From an uncultured delta proteobacterium (GTDB lineage Bacteria; Myxococcota_A; Polyangia; Fen-1088): a DNA stretch of 64,000 bases. The notes under the pieces are model-generated. The model was given only the letters and a program-made list of their open reading frames with translations. It made no database searches and had not been told where the DNA came from. A program made the translations under genes and the position numbers. The stretch spans positions 992,001 through 1,056,000 of the forward strand of contig CAVTRY010000011.1 in the NCBI GenBank assembly GCA_963737265.1. The letters are read 5' to 3'. Of the stretch, positions 30,365 through 41,054 are shown one piece after another; position 1 is the first letter of the stretch; each line of letters begins with the position of its first letter.

Positions 30365-31557
30365 GGATTCCCGTCGAACAGGCCGAGCTGCGTTCCCTTG
30401 GGAATGCGCGTGTAATCGGGGGCGAGCTGGTTCTGCCGCAAAAGCTCGCCTGCCGTAAATAGGTGATCCCGAAGTGCATCGCAGGAAGCCTGGTCCAATT
30501 CCGTGATGAACGTCGTGCCGTCCTTGGCTTCGACGGCGCGGATGACATCAGGTGGGACGCGGCGGTCATCAAGCAGCTCCGCGCTGTGGCTGGTGGCAAG
30601 CACCTGAACGTCCCGGCTGGCCTCGAACAGGCAATCGCGCAGGACTGCAGCGGCAGCCGGGTGAAGCGCCGTCTCGGGCTCTTCGATCCCCACTAGGCGA
30701 ACAGCCTCGGTCGCGCCACACTGGAACAGGGCCACCAAAATGGCAGCTGCGCGCAATGTCCCGTCCGACATGTTGTTGGCCGGAAAGCGCCAGGGACTCC
30801 CAGAGCCGGCAATCTTCTGTCTGAACTCGACCGTCTCCATATGTCCGACGGCCATGTGCTCGAACCCGACGATTCCAGGCACAACCCGTTCCAAATACTC
30901 ATCGATCCTGTGCTTCAGATCCTGCTCGCCCGCTCGCTCCAGGCGCGCCGTCACGCTGGCCAGGTTCTTTCCGTCGCGTGACAGAATGTCGCCTTTGTCT
31001 GGCCCCTGCAGATTGCGAATCAATGCGGGATTGAGATTGTAGAAACCCATGTGAGTAAGGGCATCGAAGACTGGCCGAAACTCTGGCAAGCCGGCGGCGC
31101 TCACCAGGTACAGCCGATCCGGGCTAGCTGGCGGCGCCACCTGCGCAGAGGTTCTCGTCACCTGTCCTTCTTTGACCACGTAGAACGCACTGCCGACGTG
31201 ACATTCCTCGTGCTTGATCGCGAATTCCCCATGGGGGCGAGCCGCGACCTCGAAGGCAAAGTTGCCGCGTAGCTCATCCGAGATGGTGAAGTCCAGGCGA
31301 ATCCCAAAGTGCGTGGGATGTCCACTCGACCGACGGCGAACCTCCTGGATCCCGCCTCGCTCGCGAAGGGCATGATCGAGTGATGTGTTGAGTCCGTCTG
31401 AAACGAGACGAAGAGCATCGAGGAAGTTGCTCTTTCCCGCGCCATTGGCGCCCACGAGAAGAACCAGAGGCCCAAGGGACACCTCGCAACTCTCGATGCT
31501 GCGGAAGTTTTTCAGAACAACCCGGTTGATGAACACGGGTCTATGCGCAGATGGCAT
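30361..31557 (-). CDS. ABC-class AAA ATPase (AAA_21/AAA_15-like)
   Basis: LKNFRSI, GANGAGKSNFLDAL, MSDGTLR, IEEPETALHP, TSHS. Confidence 0.88.
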   Translation of the reverse strand: MPSAHRPVFINRVVLKNFRSIESCEVSLGPLVLLVGANGAGKSNFLDALRLVSDGLNTSLDHALRERGGIQEVRRRSSGHPTHFGIRLDFTISDELRGNFAFEVAARPHGEFAIKHEECHVGSAFYVVKEGQVTRTSAQVAPPASPDRLYLVSAAGLPEFRPVFDALTHMGFYNLNPALIRNLQGPDKGDILSRDGKNLASVTARLERAGEQDLKHRIDEYLERVVPGIVGFEHMAVGHMETVEFRQKIAGSGSPWRFPANNMSDGTLRAAAILVALFQCGATEAVRLVGIEEPETALHPAAAAVLRDCLFEASRDVQVLATSHSAELLDDRRVPPDVIRAVEAKDGTTFITELDQASCDALRDHLFTAGELLRQNQLAPDYTRIPKGTQLGLFDGNP

Positions 31558-31630
31558 GTCGGATCTCCCTTCGGAACCTTCGATTTTGAGTGGAAAACCT
31601 ACCAGCCATGGCACCCGTCCACAAGCAAGG

Positions 31631-31885
31631 TCACGCCACCATTTCTTGGACCACGGCTTGGGCCAGCTTGGCGGCGCGATCTTCGGAGCGGCGGAGGGCG
31701 GCTTCGAGGGCGTCGCAGAGTTTCATCAGGTGCTCGACCTTGGCGACGATGCGCCTTTGTTCGGCGAGGGGCGGAAGGGGAACGCGCATCGACAGAATCA
31801 CCTGTCGGGAAATGTTCTTCATCGAGTCGCTGGTCCCCGATGCGATCTCCGGCACGACCATCGCCGTCGTCTTCGCTGCCGCCAC
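31631..31885 (-). pseudogene. hsdS: Type I RM specificity subunit remnant (internally deleted)
   Basis: SGTSDSMKNIS...PLPPLAEQRRIVAKVEHLMKLCDALE; start overlaps the hsdM stop. Confidence 0.8.
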
Positions 31886-32031
31886 TATTTCGCTCCTTTG
31901 AGCGCCGCAGCCAACTCATCCCGCAGCATGTCCCGAATCCTCCCGGCTCCCGCCTCCGCGGCCTGGTACTCCTTCAACAGCGTATCCGCATCTCCCGGTC
32001 CATCATCTACGGCGCGCGGGTTTTTGATGTC
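31885..32031 (-). pseudogene. hsdM: Type I RM methyltransferase C-terminal remnant
   Basis: DIKNPRAVDDGPGDADTLLKEY...LRDELAAAL*, cut by the IS3 element. Confidence 0.65.
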
Positions 32032-32254
32032 TGAAGTGGACCCCTTTGGTAGGACCAGAAATGGCCCGAGCTAAGAGAGAGTCCGCGTGGGTTTGTTTGT
32101 AGATCCGGGTGAGCCTCGCCGGCAAGGAAATTGTTGAGAGCGGAGGCATGCTGATGGCTGCTGTCCACGGATGCAATGCGCGCACGGCCCCACAGAAGCA
32201 GGTGAACGCGTTGCAGTTGTGGGCAGCGTGCCATCAGCATGATGCAGCGGCGAT

Positions 32255-33091
32255 TTAGGCGGCCTCTTTCATCGCCGACTTCTTTAGTTCGAATTCGTAA
32301 AACGCTACGGGTGTCTGAAATCCAAGGGTTTGGTGAGGCCGCCTGTGGTTGTACTTGTCCAGGTAGATCGCGATGCCACTGCGGGCGTCGGCCACGTCTC
32401 GGTAGTCGTTCAAGTAGACCTCCTCGCATTTGACAGACCGCCATAGACGCTCGACGAAGATGTTGTCCATGAATCGGCCGCGACCGTCCATGCTGACCTT
32501 TACGCCCTTGTCCAGCAAAACCGATGTGAAGTTGTCGTCGGTAAACTGCGACCCCTGGTCGGTGTTGAAGATCTCCGGCAAGCCGAAGTTCGCAAGAGCT
32601 TCTTCCACGACCTCGATGCAAAAACGGCTGTCCATCGTGTTTGAAATGCGCCAGGACAGAACCCGGCGCGTGTACCAATCCATCACGGCGACCAGGTAGC
32701 AATGCCCCTGTCTCGTCGGGATGTACGTGATATCCGAGGCCCACACCTGATTGGGCCGAATGATCGCGAGATGGCGCAGCAAGTACGGGAATTTCGTATG
32801 TTCCGGCGCGGGGACGGTCGTCCGTGGTTTGGGCGCCAGCGCTTCGATGCCCATGATTCGCATCAGTCTCTGCACCCGTTTGCGATTCACCGTCTGCCCC
32901 TGTGCCTTTAGCAACCGTGACAGCTTCCGGCTGCCGAATGCTGGCAATTCGAGATGCAGCTTGTCCAGCTCCTTGCAGATGGCCAGATCTTCCTCTGCCA
33001 TCGGCATCGGCTCCCAGTAGATGCCCGATCTCGCAAGATTCAGCAGCTCGCACTGCCGACGGACAGATAGGTCGTTGTGGGGCTCGATCAT
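32255..33091 (-). CDS. IS3 transposase OrfB (DDE integrase core)
   Basis: PNQVWASDITYI, FNTDQGSQFT, DNIFVERLWRSVK. Confidence 0.92.
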   Translation of the reverse strand: MIEPHNDLSVRRQCELLNLARSGIYWEPMPMAEEDLAICKELDKLHLELPAFGSRKLSRLLKAQGQTVNRKRVQRLMRIMGIEALAPKPRTTVPAPEHTKFPYLLRHLAIIRPNQVWASDITYIPTRQGHCYLVAVMDWYTRRVLSWRISNTMDSRFCIEVVEEALANFGLPEIFNTDQGSQFTDDNFTSVLLDKGVKVSMDGRGRFMDNIFVERLWRSVKCEEVYLNDYRDVADARSGIAIYLDKYNHRRPHQTLGFQTPVAFYEFELKKSAMKEAA

Positions 33092-33105
33092 GGCGCGCTT
33101 CTCCG

Positions 33106-33399
33106 TCAGCGAATGCGCGCGAGCCCGCGTGCTAAAAAATCATTCTCCAGCGTCAGCTGCCCCACCTTGCGCAGCAATTCCGATTCGCGTTCGGCGTTCG
33201 CCGATTCCTCTGCATTTGCATGGCCTGGTTCGAAAACCATGGCCAGCCGTGTGACGGCTTCCTTCTTCCACTTGTGAACCAGGTTCGGGTTGATCTTGTA
33301 TCGGCGCCCGATCTCCACAACCGTTGCCTGCTCCCGCATGGCTTCGAGAGCTACCTGCGCCTTGAAGAGTGCTGTGTGCTTTTGGCGGTTCGTTTTCAT
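33106..33399 (-). CDS. IS3 transposase OrfA (HTH)
   Basis: FKAQVALEA...VHKWKK...KVGQLTLENDFL; slippery T-run near the end. Confidence 0.9.
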   Translation of the reverse strand: MKTNRQKHTALFKAQVALEAMREQATVVEIGRRYKINPNLVHKWKKEAVTRLAMVFEPGHANAEESANAERESELLRKVGQLTLENDFLARGLARIR

Positions 33400-33641
33400 C
33401 GTGTCCTGCCTCGTTGTTGAGGCGGACTACACCTTAGCTCCTGGTCCCATTTTTGGGGTCCACTTCAGTCTACTCGTACAACCCCATTACCTTTCTTCTC
33501 ACCCTCGCGGCCCGCGCCACCCACATCGACATCCCGTGGCCGCGCGACACCCTCCTCGACGCAAACATGGAGCCGCGGCGCCTTTCCATCCTATATTTTG
33601 GAAGTGGCGACAAGCAGGGTCATGCCGATCATGCCGGCGGA

Positions 33642-34001
33642 CTAGTCGAAGGTGACTGTGCGATCGCACCCTGCCGCGGTGGCAGTGCGCTCGACCAGGC
33701 AATCGGCAAAGTCCGCCTTTCCGTGCTCGAAAAGGCGAAGTGCCTGCCAGACGGTTTCCGCTTCTTGTACGATCAGTTGGCGCGTTTCCAGGATGCGACG
33801 GATGATCTTGCACTGCTCGTCTCGCGAAGCGGAATAGCAGCTCGCGGCCACCCACACGACCTCGGCTGGCACGACAAGTCCAACGAAGCCGGGATTGGAC
33901 TCGCTGCACTCGCGCTCGATGAGGGCCGTGGCCCTTCGCGATTGGACAGGATCATCTTGGGCGATGTAGCGAACGAGCACATTGGTTTCGATCCCGATCA
34001 A
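33642..34001 (-). pseudogene. vapC: VapC/PIN toxin, probably degenerate
   Basis: IGIETNVLVR (Glu at the usual Asp), ADFADCL, TVTFD then TAG; the tail SAGMIGMTLL continues past the stop. Confidence 0.7.
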
Positions 34002-34237
34002 CGTCCTGCCCCCCGCAGGCGAATCAATTTCTTCATGTCCTCGATAGACACGGGCTTAGCCGGCTTGCGCAGGAGCCCCTTGAGGGATCGCACATCCGCG
34101 ACCGCAGGCCGGATGAGGAACTCACCGTTCGTGGCTTCGACGAACTCGATTCGGGTCCCAGCCTCCAGGTTCAAACGTTCTCGCACATCCAAAGGAATGG
34201 TGACTTGTCCCTTGCTAGTGAGCGTCGCCGTGGCCAT
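33998..34237 (-). CDS. AbrB/MazE/SpoVT family antitoxin
   Basis: ATLTSKGQVTIPLDVRERLNL; overlaps the PIN gene start. Confidence 0.88.
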   Translation of the reverse strand: MATATLTSKGQVTIPLDVRERLNLEAGTRIEFVEATNGEFLIRPAVADVRSLKGLLRKPAKPVSIEDMKKLIRLRGAGR

Positions 34238-34560
34238 GGATGTTCTCCTTAGGCCCCACCTTGTTCAACCGCCTGAACGCTCTTTCCAGCTCCACGTGCC
34301 TTGAGCGCTAAGTTGAGCTGGAACTGGGTCGGAACATTCTGGGTGAGCCGGTACTCGAAACCCGAGGTCACGGCCCGCTGGGCCCGATGAGCAGCGAGAG
34401 ACCAGCCGCTGCAAATGAGAACCACGACCAAGCCCGCCACGTCCTTCGCCGACGAGCTCAAGCTCCCGCCGCTTATCGGAACCGACCTCAAACCCAAACG
34501 GCGCGACCAGATTCCGCTCATCGAGCTGCCGCCAACGAATCAGAGGTAGAAGCAGAAGTT

Positions 34561-35496
34561 TCAGCGCGCGCCGAAGACGGCCAGCACCTCGGCCAGCGAC
34601 GCCCCGCCGGAGGCGAGAAGCTGGCACTGGGCCGGCGTAAGTGCACCTACGGCCTTCTCGCTGGCGGCGGTGTTGGTGGTGTGCAGAGGCCAAAAGCGCG
34701 ATCCCTTGTGCTCGGGGTTCGCCAGGTACGCCAGCATCAGGGGCGGCGCCGGACCGAGGGCGACCAGCATGCGGGTCGCGGTCCAGACGAGCGACGGCGT
34801 GGGGGCGACTGGACCTAGGCGTCGGCGGATAAGCTCGAGCCAGAAGGCGCGCATGCCGTCGGTCGGCGTGGGACATTCCACGATCACGGTTTGCTTGGGC
34901 GACTCGGGCACCTTGGAGCAGACTTGGTCGCAGGCGGTCATGAGCGTGCTAAGGGCGTAGCCGCCGCCCTCGTTCAAGTCACCGATGGCGACCCGCAGCT
35001 CGAAGAAGCTCGATGCCGCCAGCAGCGCATCGAGCGGAAGCGCGGGCGCGTTCTGATCGAGCGTTTGTTTGAGCCAGTCGACCTGGGTGGCCAAATCCTG
35101 GGCGGACAGGTCGCGCGCCGCCTCCGCCACCACGGTCGCCGCCTCGAAGAAGGGCGCAAAGATCGACGGTACGAGCGGCACGGTATCGATGAGATTGCGG
35201 ATTTCGAGCGGCACCGAGATGACCAAGGGGAAACGGCGGCCGACCCCATCTTCTCCGGGAACGAAGACGCCCACGAAGGCGCCGCCCGACGGAGACACCA
35301 AGAGAAAATGCGCGGCCTCCGCCGGCAAGACGGTGTGCTCGGCGTGCAGGCATTCAACCCCCTGCTGAAACCAGAGATCGAGTCCGGCCTGTTGAAAGTC
35401 CCCGGCATTCACGCGCACGAAATCCCGTTCGGCGAGGATCTTTCCGTAAAGACCCACCGCGGGTTCCTTTATGCGCGACAGCGAATCACTCGACAT
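34561..35496 (-). CDS. tagF: T6SS-associated protein TagF
   Basis: GLYGKI...DFV, DGVGRRFPL; directly downstream of tssM. Confidence 0.85.
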   Translation of the reverse strand: MSSDSLSRIKEPAVGLYGKILAERDFVRVNAGDFQQAGLDLWFQQGVECLHAEHTVLPAEAAHFLLVSPSGGAFVGVFVPGEDGVGRRFPLVISVPLEIRNLIDTVPLVPSIFAPFFEAATVVAEAARDLSAQDLATQVDWLKQTLDQNAPALPLDALLAASSFFELRVAIGDLNEGGGYALSTLMTACDQVCSKVPESPKQTVIVECPTPTDGMRAFWLELIRRRLGPVAPTPSLVWTATRMLVALGPAPPLMLAYLANPEHKGSRFWPLHTTNTAASEKAVGALTPAQCQLLASGGASLAEVLAVFGAR

Positions 35497-35507
35497 GGTG
35501 GTCCCGC

Positions 35508-38500
35508 CTAATTTCGGCAGCTTCCGCCGCTGGTGGTGGCGCTCCTGGGCAGCGCGAATTTCTGGAAGATCTCGCGGATGTTCTCCGGCTTGAAATCGAT
35601 CTGGATCTTGTTTTGCCCGTTGGCGGGCGAGAACGTCAGCGACACGTAGTCGCCGTTCTTCGACGGATTCGCGGCTTGCCCTAGCAAGTAAAACAGAGCC
35701 CACTCACTCTCGTCGCGAGGGCCGAATGATTCAACCTCATCGCTCCTCACGAACAGGCGGATGTTGGCGCGACGTACCGGCCACACGAATTCGTCCCAGC
35801 GATCGACCGCATTGAGCCCGGTAATCCTCTTGACGCCAAGATCCAGGATGATCTTCGAATACTGCGTCGACGGCCGAATATGAACAGCGACCGGCATGCC
35901 GACCTTGGATGGCTCCCTGGCGAAAAGGCGCGTGGTCAGATCCTGCGCATGCGAGAGAAACTTGAGAAAATCGTCGCGGTAGTGGACGGCGGCGCCGTCC
36001 TTCATGCGAAAAATCGAGCCCACACGTTCGATGTCGGCTGCGAGCGAATCGTTGAAGTACTGCCATAGCGTCCCGGTGGCAGGTTGAAAAAACTTCTCGA
36101 TGTCGGCGATCTTGGCCTCGCCCGAGGTCCTGACGGTGGCAAAGGGATACTTTCCCGCCAGCAGTTGGTCGAAGGCCACGAACACGGTCTCGCACCATTT
36201 CCGATTGGCCGAATCCGCGCTAGCCCCGACGATCGCGACCTCGCCGCCGCGCAACGGGGGCATGAGGATCTTCTCCAGCATGCCCTGTTCCCAGCCCTGG
36301 TCGTTGTAGCGTGCGATGAGGTTGGACAGGTTCGTCCGCTGGGTCTTGATCGCGTTCTGAAAGGCCTTGCCGTCCGGCATCCCTTGATCGCCCATGGCGG
36401 CCGCGACCTCGGTGAGAATCTGGCCGTACTGCTCGAACCCGGTCGGCTTGACCGAACCGAAACGCAGGAGACCCTCGAACGCGGTGGCCACCTGCTTCGC
36501 GCCCGGATCCCGGTCGTCGTCGCTGGTTTCAGGCTTGGCCGGCCGTGGATCGTTGATTCCCTTCTCCGCCGCCTTGTCTCTCATCATCCCCAGCGCCCGG
36601 TCCGCCAGCGATGCTTCATCCTTGAGGGTCAGGTTCTCGCTGACATTCTTCCAGATCGCCTCGAACGGTTTGTCGGCGTTGAGCTTCTTGAACAGCGCGC
36701 GCGACTCGTCGAGCGACGCCGGCTCGTGCATGGCGAGCGTGAGGAGGAATCGCTTCCAAGCGTTGATGTACTGGACGAAGTAGTCCGCCTTGATTTTGGC
36801 GATGGCGCGCGCGTCCTTGGCCTTACGTTCCTTGCCCAAAATCCACGCGCCTTCGTCGTCGTCCTGGTCCTTTTGAAGTTGGGCCAGCCGTTTCTTGACG
36901 GCGATGTAGCCGGCGGGCGTGAAGGCGCCGCGAACCGCGGCCTCTTTCTTGGCCTTGCCTTCCTGAGGCGGCGTGAAGAACACCACCGCGCTACCAAGGA
37001 GATCGATGGCCTTCAAATCGCGTGGCATGCCCGGGTCGTTGACGATTTCGGCCAGCGGGTCATCACCCGAGCCAATCAGGACCATGCGAGCATAGTTCAC
37101 GAACTTCTTGTCGCGGTCGATCATGTCGGCGGGATCCGCGATCCCGTTGGCGTAGAACTTGACCAGGTTTTCCAGCACGCGCGGCGCTCGCCCAGCCGCC
37201 GCCTGATTGGTCAGGCTCACCCAGCGGGCGGACGCCTTTTCGGATGCCAGCTTGACCGCGTCTTGCCAACGGTCGGTGCGCGGCGTGGGCTCGTCGGGCT
37301 GTTTCTCTTGCGTCAGCAGCAGGTGAAGCACCAGCGCATCCATCAACTCGGAAGCCCCGAGGCCGCCCGCGGCCTTGACCAGATCGGCGCGCAGAATGGG
37401 TCGCACGACTAGGCGTTCGACCGCGACTTGCAACTGCCTCGTCACGGCGGCGCGCGGAAACAGCACCGAGCTGCTGCCCCCCTCCGACAGCGACTTGGCC
37501 AGGTCTTCCACCGATTCAAGCCCCGCGGCCGTTACCAGGCCGGTCGCTTCCCGGCTGGACTTGGTGGCCGCGAGCCTGTCGATCCCTCGTAGCGCGTCCT
37601 TGGCGTAAGTCGAGTTCGCGCTGTACGACTGCAGCGGAATCAGAAGAAATCCAGCCGCCAGAAGAAACGCGCAGGCGGCGATGGCGATCTGACGAATGCG
37701 CTGCTGACGGATCACGCGCGTACTGCGAACCGCGGCCTGTTGATCGGGGAAGACGACCGAGGTGAAAACCTCGCGCAAGAAGTAGCTTTTGGGCCTACTG
37801 ACCGCGACGGCCGCGGCGGCTTTACTCGACACGCCGAAGGCCGCGGCCATGTTCTGCATGATGCGATCGATGGGGCGGCCTTCTTGCGTACCGCTGGTGA
37901 AGTACACGCCGCGCAGGATGGGGGCATCCTGATAGACATTCTCGGCGAAAAGGTCGGCCACCAAGGCGGACAGGTTCCGGCCAACGGCGCCGAGCTGCTG
38001 CGAGAATTCCGAAGATCTTGAAGCGCGCGTCCACGCGCCGCTCTTCGGAAAGCCGCGTGAACGCCCGCTGCCCAGCCACGTCGACCAGCTCCTCCAAGTG
38101 CTCGTTGAACAGATCGGCGCGCTCGTCGGGGCTGGCCATAAGCGGCAAAGTGAGTCCCCAAATCTGGCCGCGCTCCTTGTCGCGCAGATCGCCGAACATC
38201 TCGACGAAACCGGGCACGAGGTCGCTCTTGGTGACGAGCAAATACACCGGCACCACCATGTCGAGGCGGCCGGTGACTTCGTCGAGTCGATCGCGCAGGG
38301 CCTTGGAGAGCGCCGCGATTCCGTCTTCGCCGCCTTCGAGATCGAGCAAGCTGACCGCGAGCAGGATGCCGTTGACCGGCTTTCCCGGACGCGTCTTGCG
38401 CAAAAGATCCAAGAACGCCAGCCATTCATCGTGATCGTCGTTCTGGGTCGACCAGCGGCCCGCGGTGTCGAGGATGATGGCTTCGTTGGTGAGCCACCAG

Positions 38501-38964
38501 TCGCAGTTGCGGGTGCCGCCCACGCCCTTGACCTTGCCGCCCTTGGCGTACGGAAATTGTAGACCCGAGCTGCGCAGGGCCGTGGTCTTGCCCGACCCTG
38601 GTGGACCGATGATGATGTACCAGGGAAGGATGCCTAGGGCGTCGCGGCCCTTGTGCCCGAGGCGAGACGACTTGAGCCCCTGGATGGCCTTCTGAAACTC
38701 GACCTGCATGGCGACGATTTCCGCCTGCTGATCGGGTCGCGTGCTGCCGGCCGACCGGCCCGCGAGATCGCCCAGTCCATTTTCGAGGGCGCCGGCCGAT
38801 CGCCGCCCGGCGAGCGCGCGGTAGATGGCCAAGGCCGCCAGGCCGAGAACGATGACCACCGTCAAAACGATCGCCGCCAAGAACAGCAGCGAAACACCGT
38901 GAAAGACCAGCGCCGCCGCCCACGCCAATGCGATGAAAATGGCCCCAAAAATGTACTTGAGCAC
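35508..38964 (-). pseudogene. tssM: T6SS membrane subunit TssM/IcmF with a single-base frameshift near 38010 (real or assembly error)
   Basis: LPWYIIIGPPGSGKTT, GTRNCDWW, LDTAGR in one frame; EFSQQL, LRGVYFTSGTQEG in the next. Confidence 0.9.
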
Positions 38965-38974
38965 GGTGTGACCT

Positions 38975-39643
38975 CTAGTGCGCCAGCTTTTCGACTCGAG
39001 AAGTAACGTCGGCCACTTGACCATCGAACGACAGGCGAAGGCCGACGAAAACACCGAGCGCGAGGGCGAAAACGCCGAGCGAAACCCACAGCAGTAGATT
39101 GCTGTTCGCCCGCCGCACCAGCGGTTCGTCGGGCGGCTCGCCCGCGGGAGAAAGCGCATCCGGCACTTCGATGCTCCGTTCGAGCTGATTTCGCACGCCA
39201 TCCGTGATTCGCAAAAGCTCGACATTGCCGCCGGGGAAGCCGTACTTGCCTTGGAATCCGAACAGCAGGCAGAGGTGATACACGCGCAAGACTTCGATGC
39301 GACGCCCGTCGCTCAAGAGCGCCTGCAAGCGAGCGAAGAAGCCTTCGCCTGCCACGTTTTCGCCGAAGTAATGCAGTTGCAGCGGCTGACTCATCCAATA
39401 GGATCGCAACGGCTCGGGCGTGGTCAGCGCGATCTCGTCGGTAAGCGCTACAATGGCGTACACGATGTCCTGCGTGTCCTTGTCGGGAATTCCGCGTATG
39501 CGCGCGCGTTCCTTCAGCGCCTCGATGGAGGCGCGTACGCGCGCATGCGCCGCCTCGGGCGACGGCACAGGACCGTCGAGCTCACGCAAGCGCGCGATGG
39601 CGCCGAAACATTCCCCGGTCAGATCTTGAACCAAGTCAGCCAT
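38975..39643 (-). CDS. tssL: T6SS TssL/DotU
   Basis: YAIVALTDE, PLQLHYFGENVAGEGFF, LCLLFGFQGKY, C-terminal TM. Confidence 0.92.
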   Translation of the reverse strand: MADLVQDLTGECFGAIARLRELDGPVPSPEAAHARVRASIEALKERARIRGIPDKDTQDIVYAIVALTDEIALTTPEPLRSYWMSQPLQLHYFGENVAGEGFFARLQALLSDGRRIEVLRVYHLCLLFGFQGKYGFPGGNVELLRITDGVRNQLERSIEVPDALSPAGEPPDEPLVRRANSNLLLWVSLGVFALALGVFVGLRLSFDGQVADVTSRVEKLAH

Positions 39644-39655
39644 GATTTCGCCGCC

Positions 39656-41044
39656 TCAGCCTTTGCTCGGGATGCCATACAACTCAATCTTCACCTGGGA
39701 GGGATCGAATGGCGGAGGTGCGTAGATCGCCACCTTGCGCTCGCTAAGAACGTGCCGCCAGTGATCGATGGTGGTGTCCATCAGGAAATAGACGATACCC
39801 GGCCGGACGGGAATTTCGGCCGGCGGCCGGTGGGTTACGTGCAGCGGAACCCCGCGAGTCGCCGCTCGCATAAGGAAGGGCAACTGGGTCAGCGACGCAA
39901 TCTTGGCCCGACCGGCAAGCTCGCGCGCGAGCTGTTCGATGGGCATGCTTGACTGCGCGCCGAGGACGAACTGCTGGCACTTGAGAATACGCTCGTCGCT
40001 CAAGTTGCCGATATGGATGCCCTCGCGAATCTCCATCGGCACGCGCACGCACAGCTCGCGCAGGTTCGCGCGCAGAAGGCCGGTCAGAAGCGCGAACAGC
40101 TCCTCGAAGGTCGACCGTAGGTCGGTAAAAACGAAGGGCGGGAAGGCCGACGGATCGGTGTCGGTGGCGAAGGTCGAGAGCTGCCCCGCGCTTTGCACGA
40201 GAAAGATGTAGAGCTCGCGCGGACTCACCTCGCCGTTGCGGCCCGCGTGCACGAGGTAGGGAATGGTCGCGTTCAAAGCCGCGAGCTGCAGGTAGCGAGT
40301 GACGTCGTTGGCGCCGAACTCGATTGAGGCCGAGTCGCGTTGCTGCCTTTCGGCGGAGAGTTGGCGCTGCTTGGCCACCATCAAGGCGAGCAGGCGCTGC
40401 ACGCCGCCCATCAGAAATGACGATGCTGAAATGGTCAGCACCGACGGAATGAAGGCGTCGCTGACGAGGAGAGCACCGCCCGCGTCGCGCACCACCTCGG
40501 CGATCTTGATGGAATCGTAGTCGTCGCGCGCGTCGTTGCCGAACAGCACGGTCACGTTGCGCTGGGCGAAAGCCATGGTCAGGTCGGCGGCCTCCCCCGT
40601 CATGTCCACGATCTTCTGGCTGGCGCTGCGAAAACGTGTCCGAATGGCGGTCTTACCCGCAGGTACCTTGGCGTCGCCGGTGGTTTCCGCCGCCACCGAA
40701 GGCACACCGTCGCGTTCTTTCGGCACCGCCAAGAAAACTTCGAGGGCCGACAGCTGCGGCGGAAAGTTCGCACCAATCGGACGCGCCGCGGGAGCCTCCG
40801 GATCTCCGGCTTTGAAATTGAGAGCAAGTCCATCGGGCAGGATGCCGGAGAACTTGGTCACCACCAACTGATCGGCCGCGAGCGCGCCCGTGTCGATCTC
40901 GATGTTGGTAATGCCCCAACTCAGCGTCGCGGTGGCGGCAAAGCGCCAATCGAGCAACCGTTCGTGGTACAGGTCCGCCTGCTGCATGTGCTGGGGCGAC
41001 ACCAGCATGCCTTCCGACCAAACGACTCGCTGAATACCCTTCAT
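39656..41044 (-). CDS. tssK: T6SS baseplate subunit TssK
   Basis: VVWSEGMLVSPQHMQQ, WGI, GILPDG, PPAEIPVRPG. Confidence 0.93.
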   Translation of the reverse strand: MKGIQRVVWSEGMLVSPQHMQQADLYHERLLDWRFAATATLSWGITNIEIDTGALAADQLVVTKFSGILPDGLALNFKAGDPEAPAARPIGANFPPQLSALEVFLAVPKERDGVPSVAAETTGDAKVPAGKTAIRTRFRSASQKIVDMTGEAADLTMAFAQRNVTVLFGNDARDDYDSIKIAEVVRDAGGALLVSDAFIPSVLTISASSFLMGGVQRLLALMVAKQRQLSAERQQRDSASIEFGANDVTRYLQLAALNATIPYLVHAGRNGEVSPRELYIFLVQSAGQLSTFATDTDPSAFPPFVFTDLRSTFEELFALLTGLLRANLRELCVRVPMEIREGIHIGNLSDERILKCQQFVLGAQSSMPIEQLARELAGRAKIASLTQLPFLMRAATRGVPLHVTHRPPAEIPVRPGIVYFLMDTTIDHWRHVLSERKVAIYAPPPFDPSQVKIELYGIPSKG

Positions 41045-41054
41045 GGTGTGAACC

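Larger units (their letters stand above)
32032..33467 (-). mobile_element. IS3 family insertion sequence
   Basis: Inverted repeats TGAAGTGGACCCC-N7-GGACCAG; GTC on both flanks; orfA and orfB inside. Confidence 0.92.
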
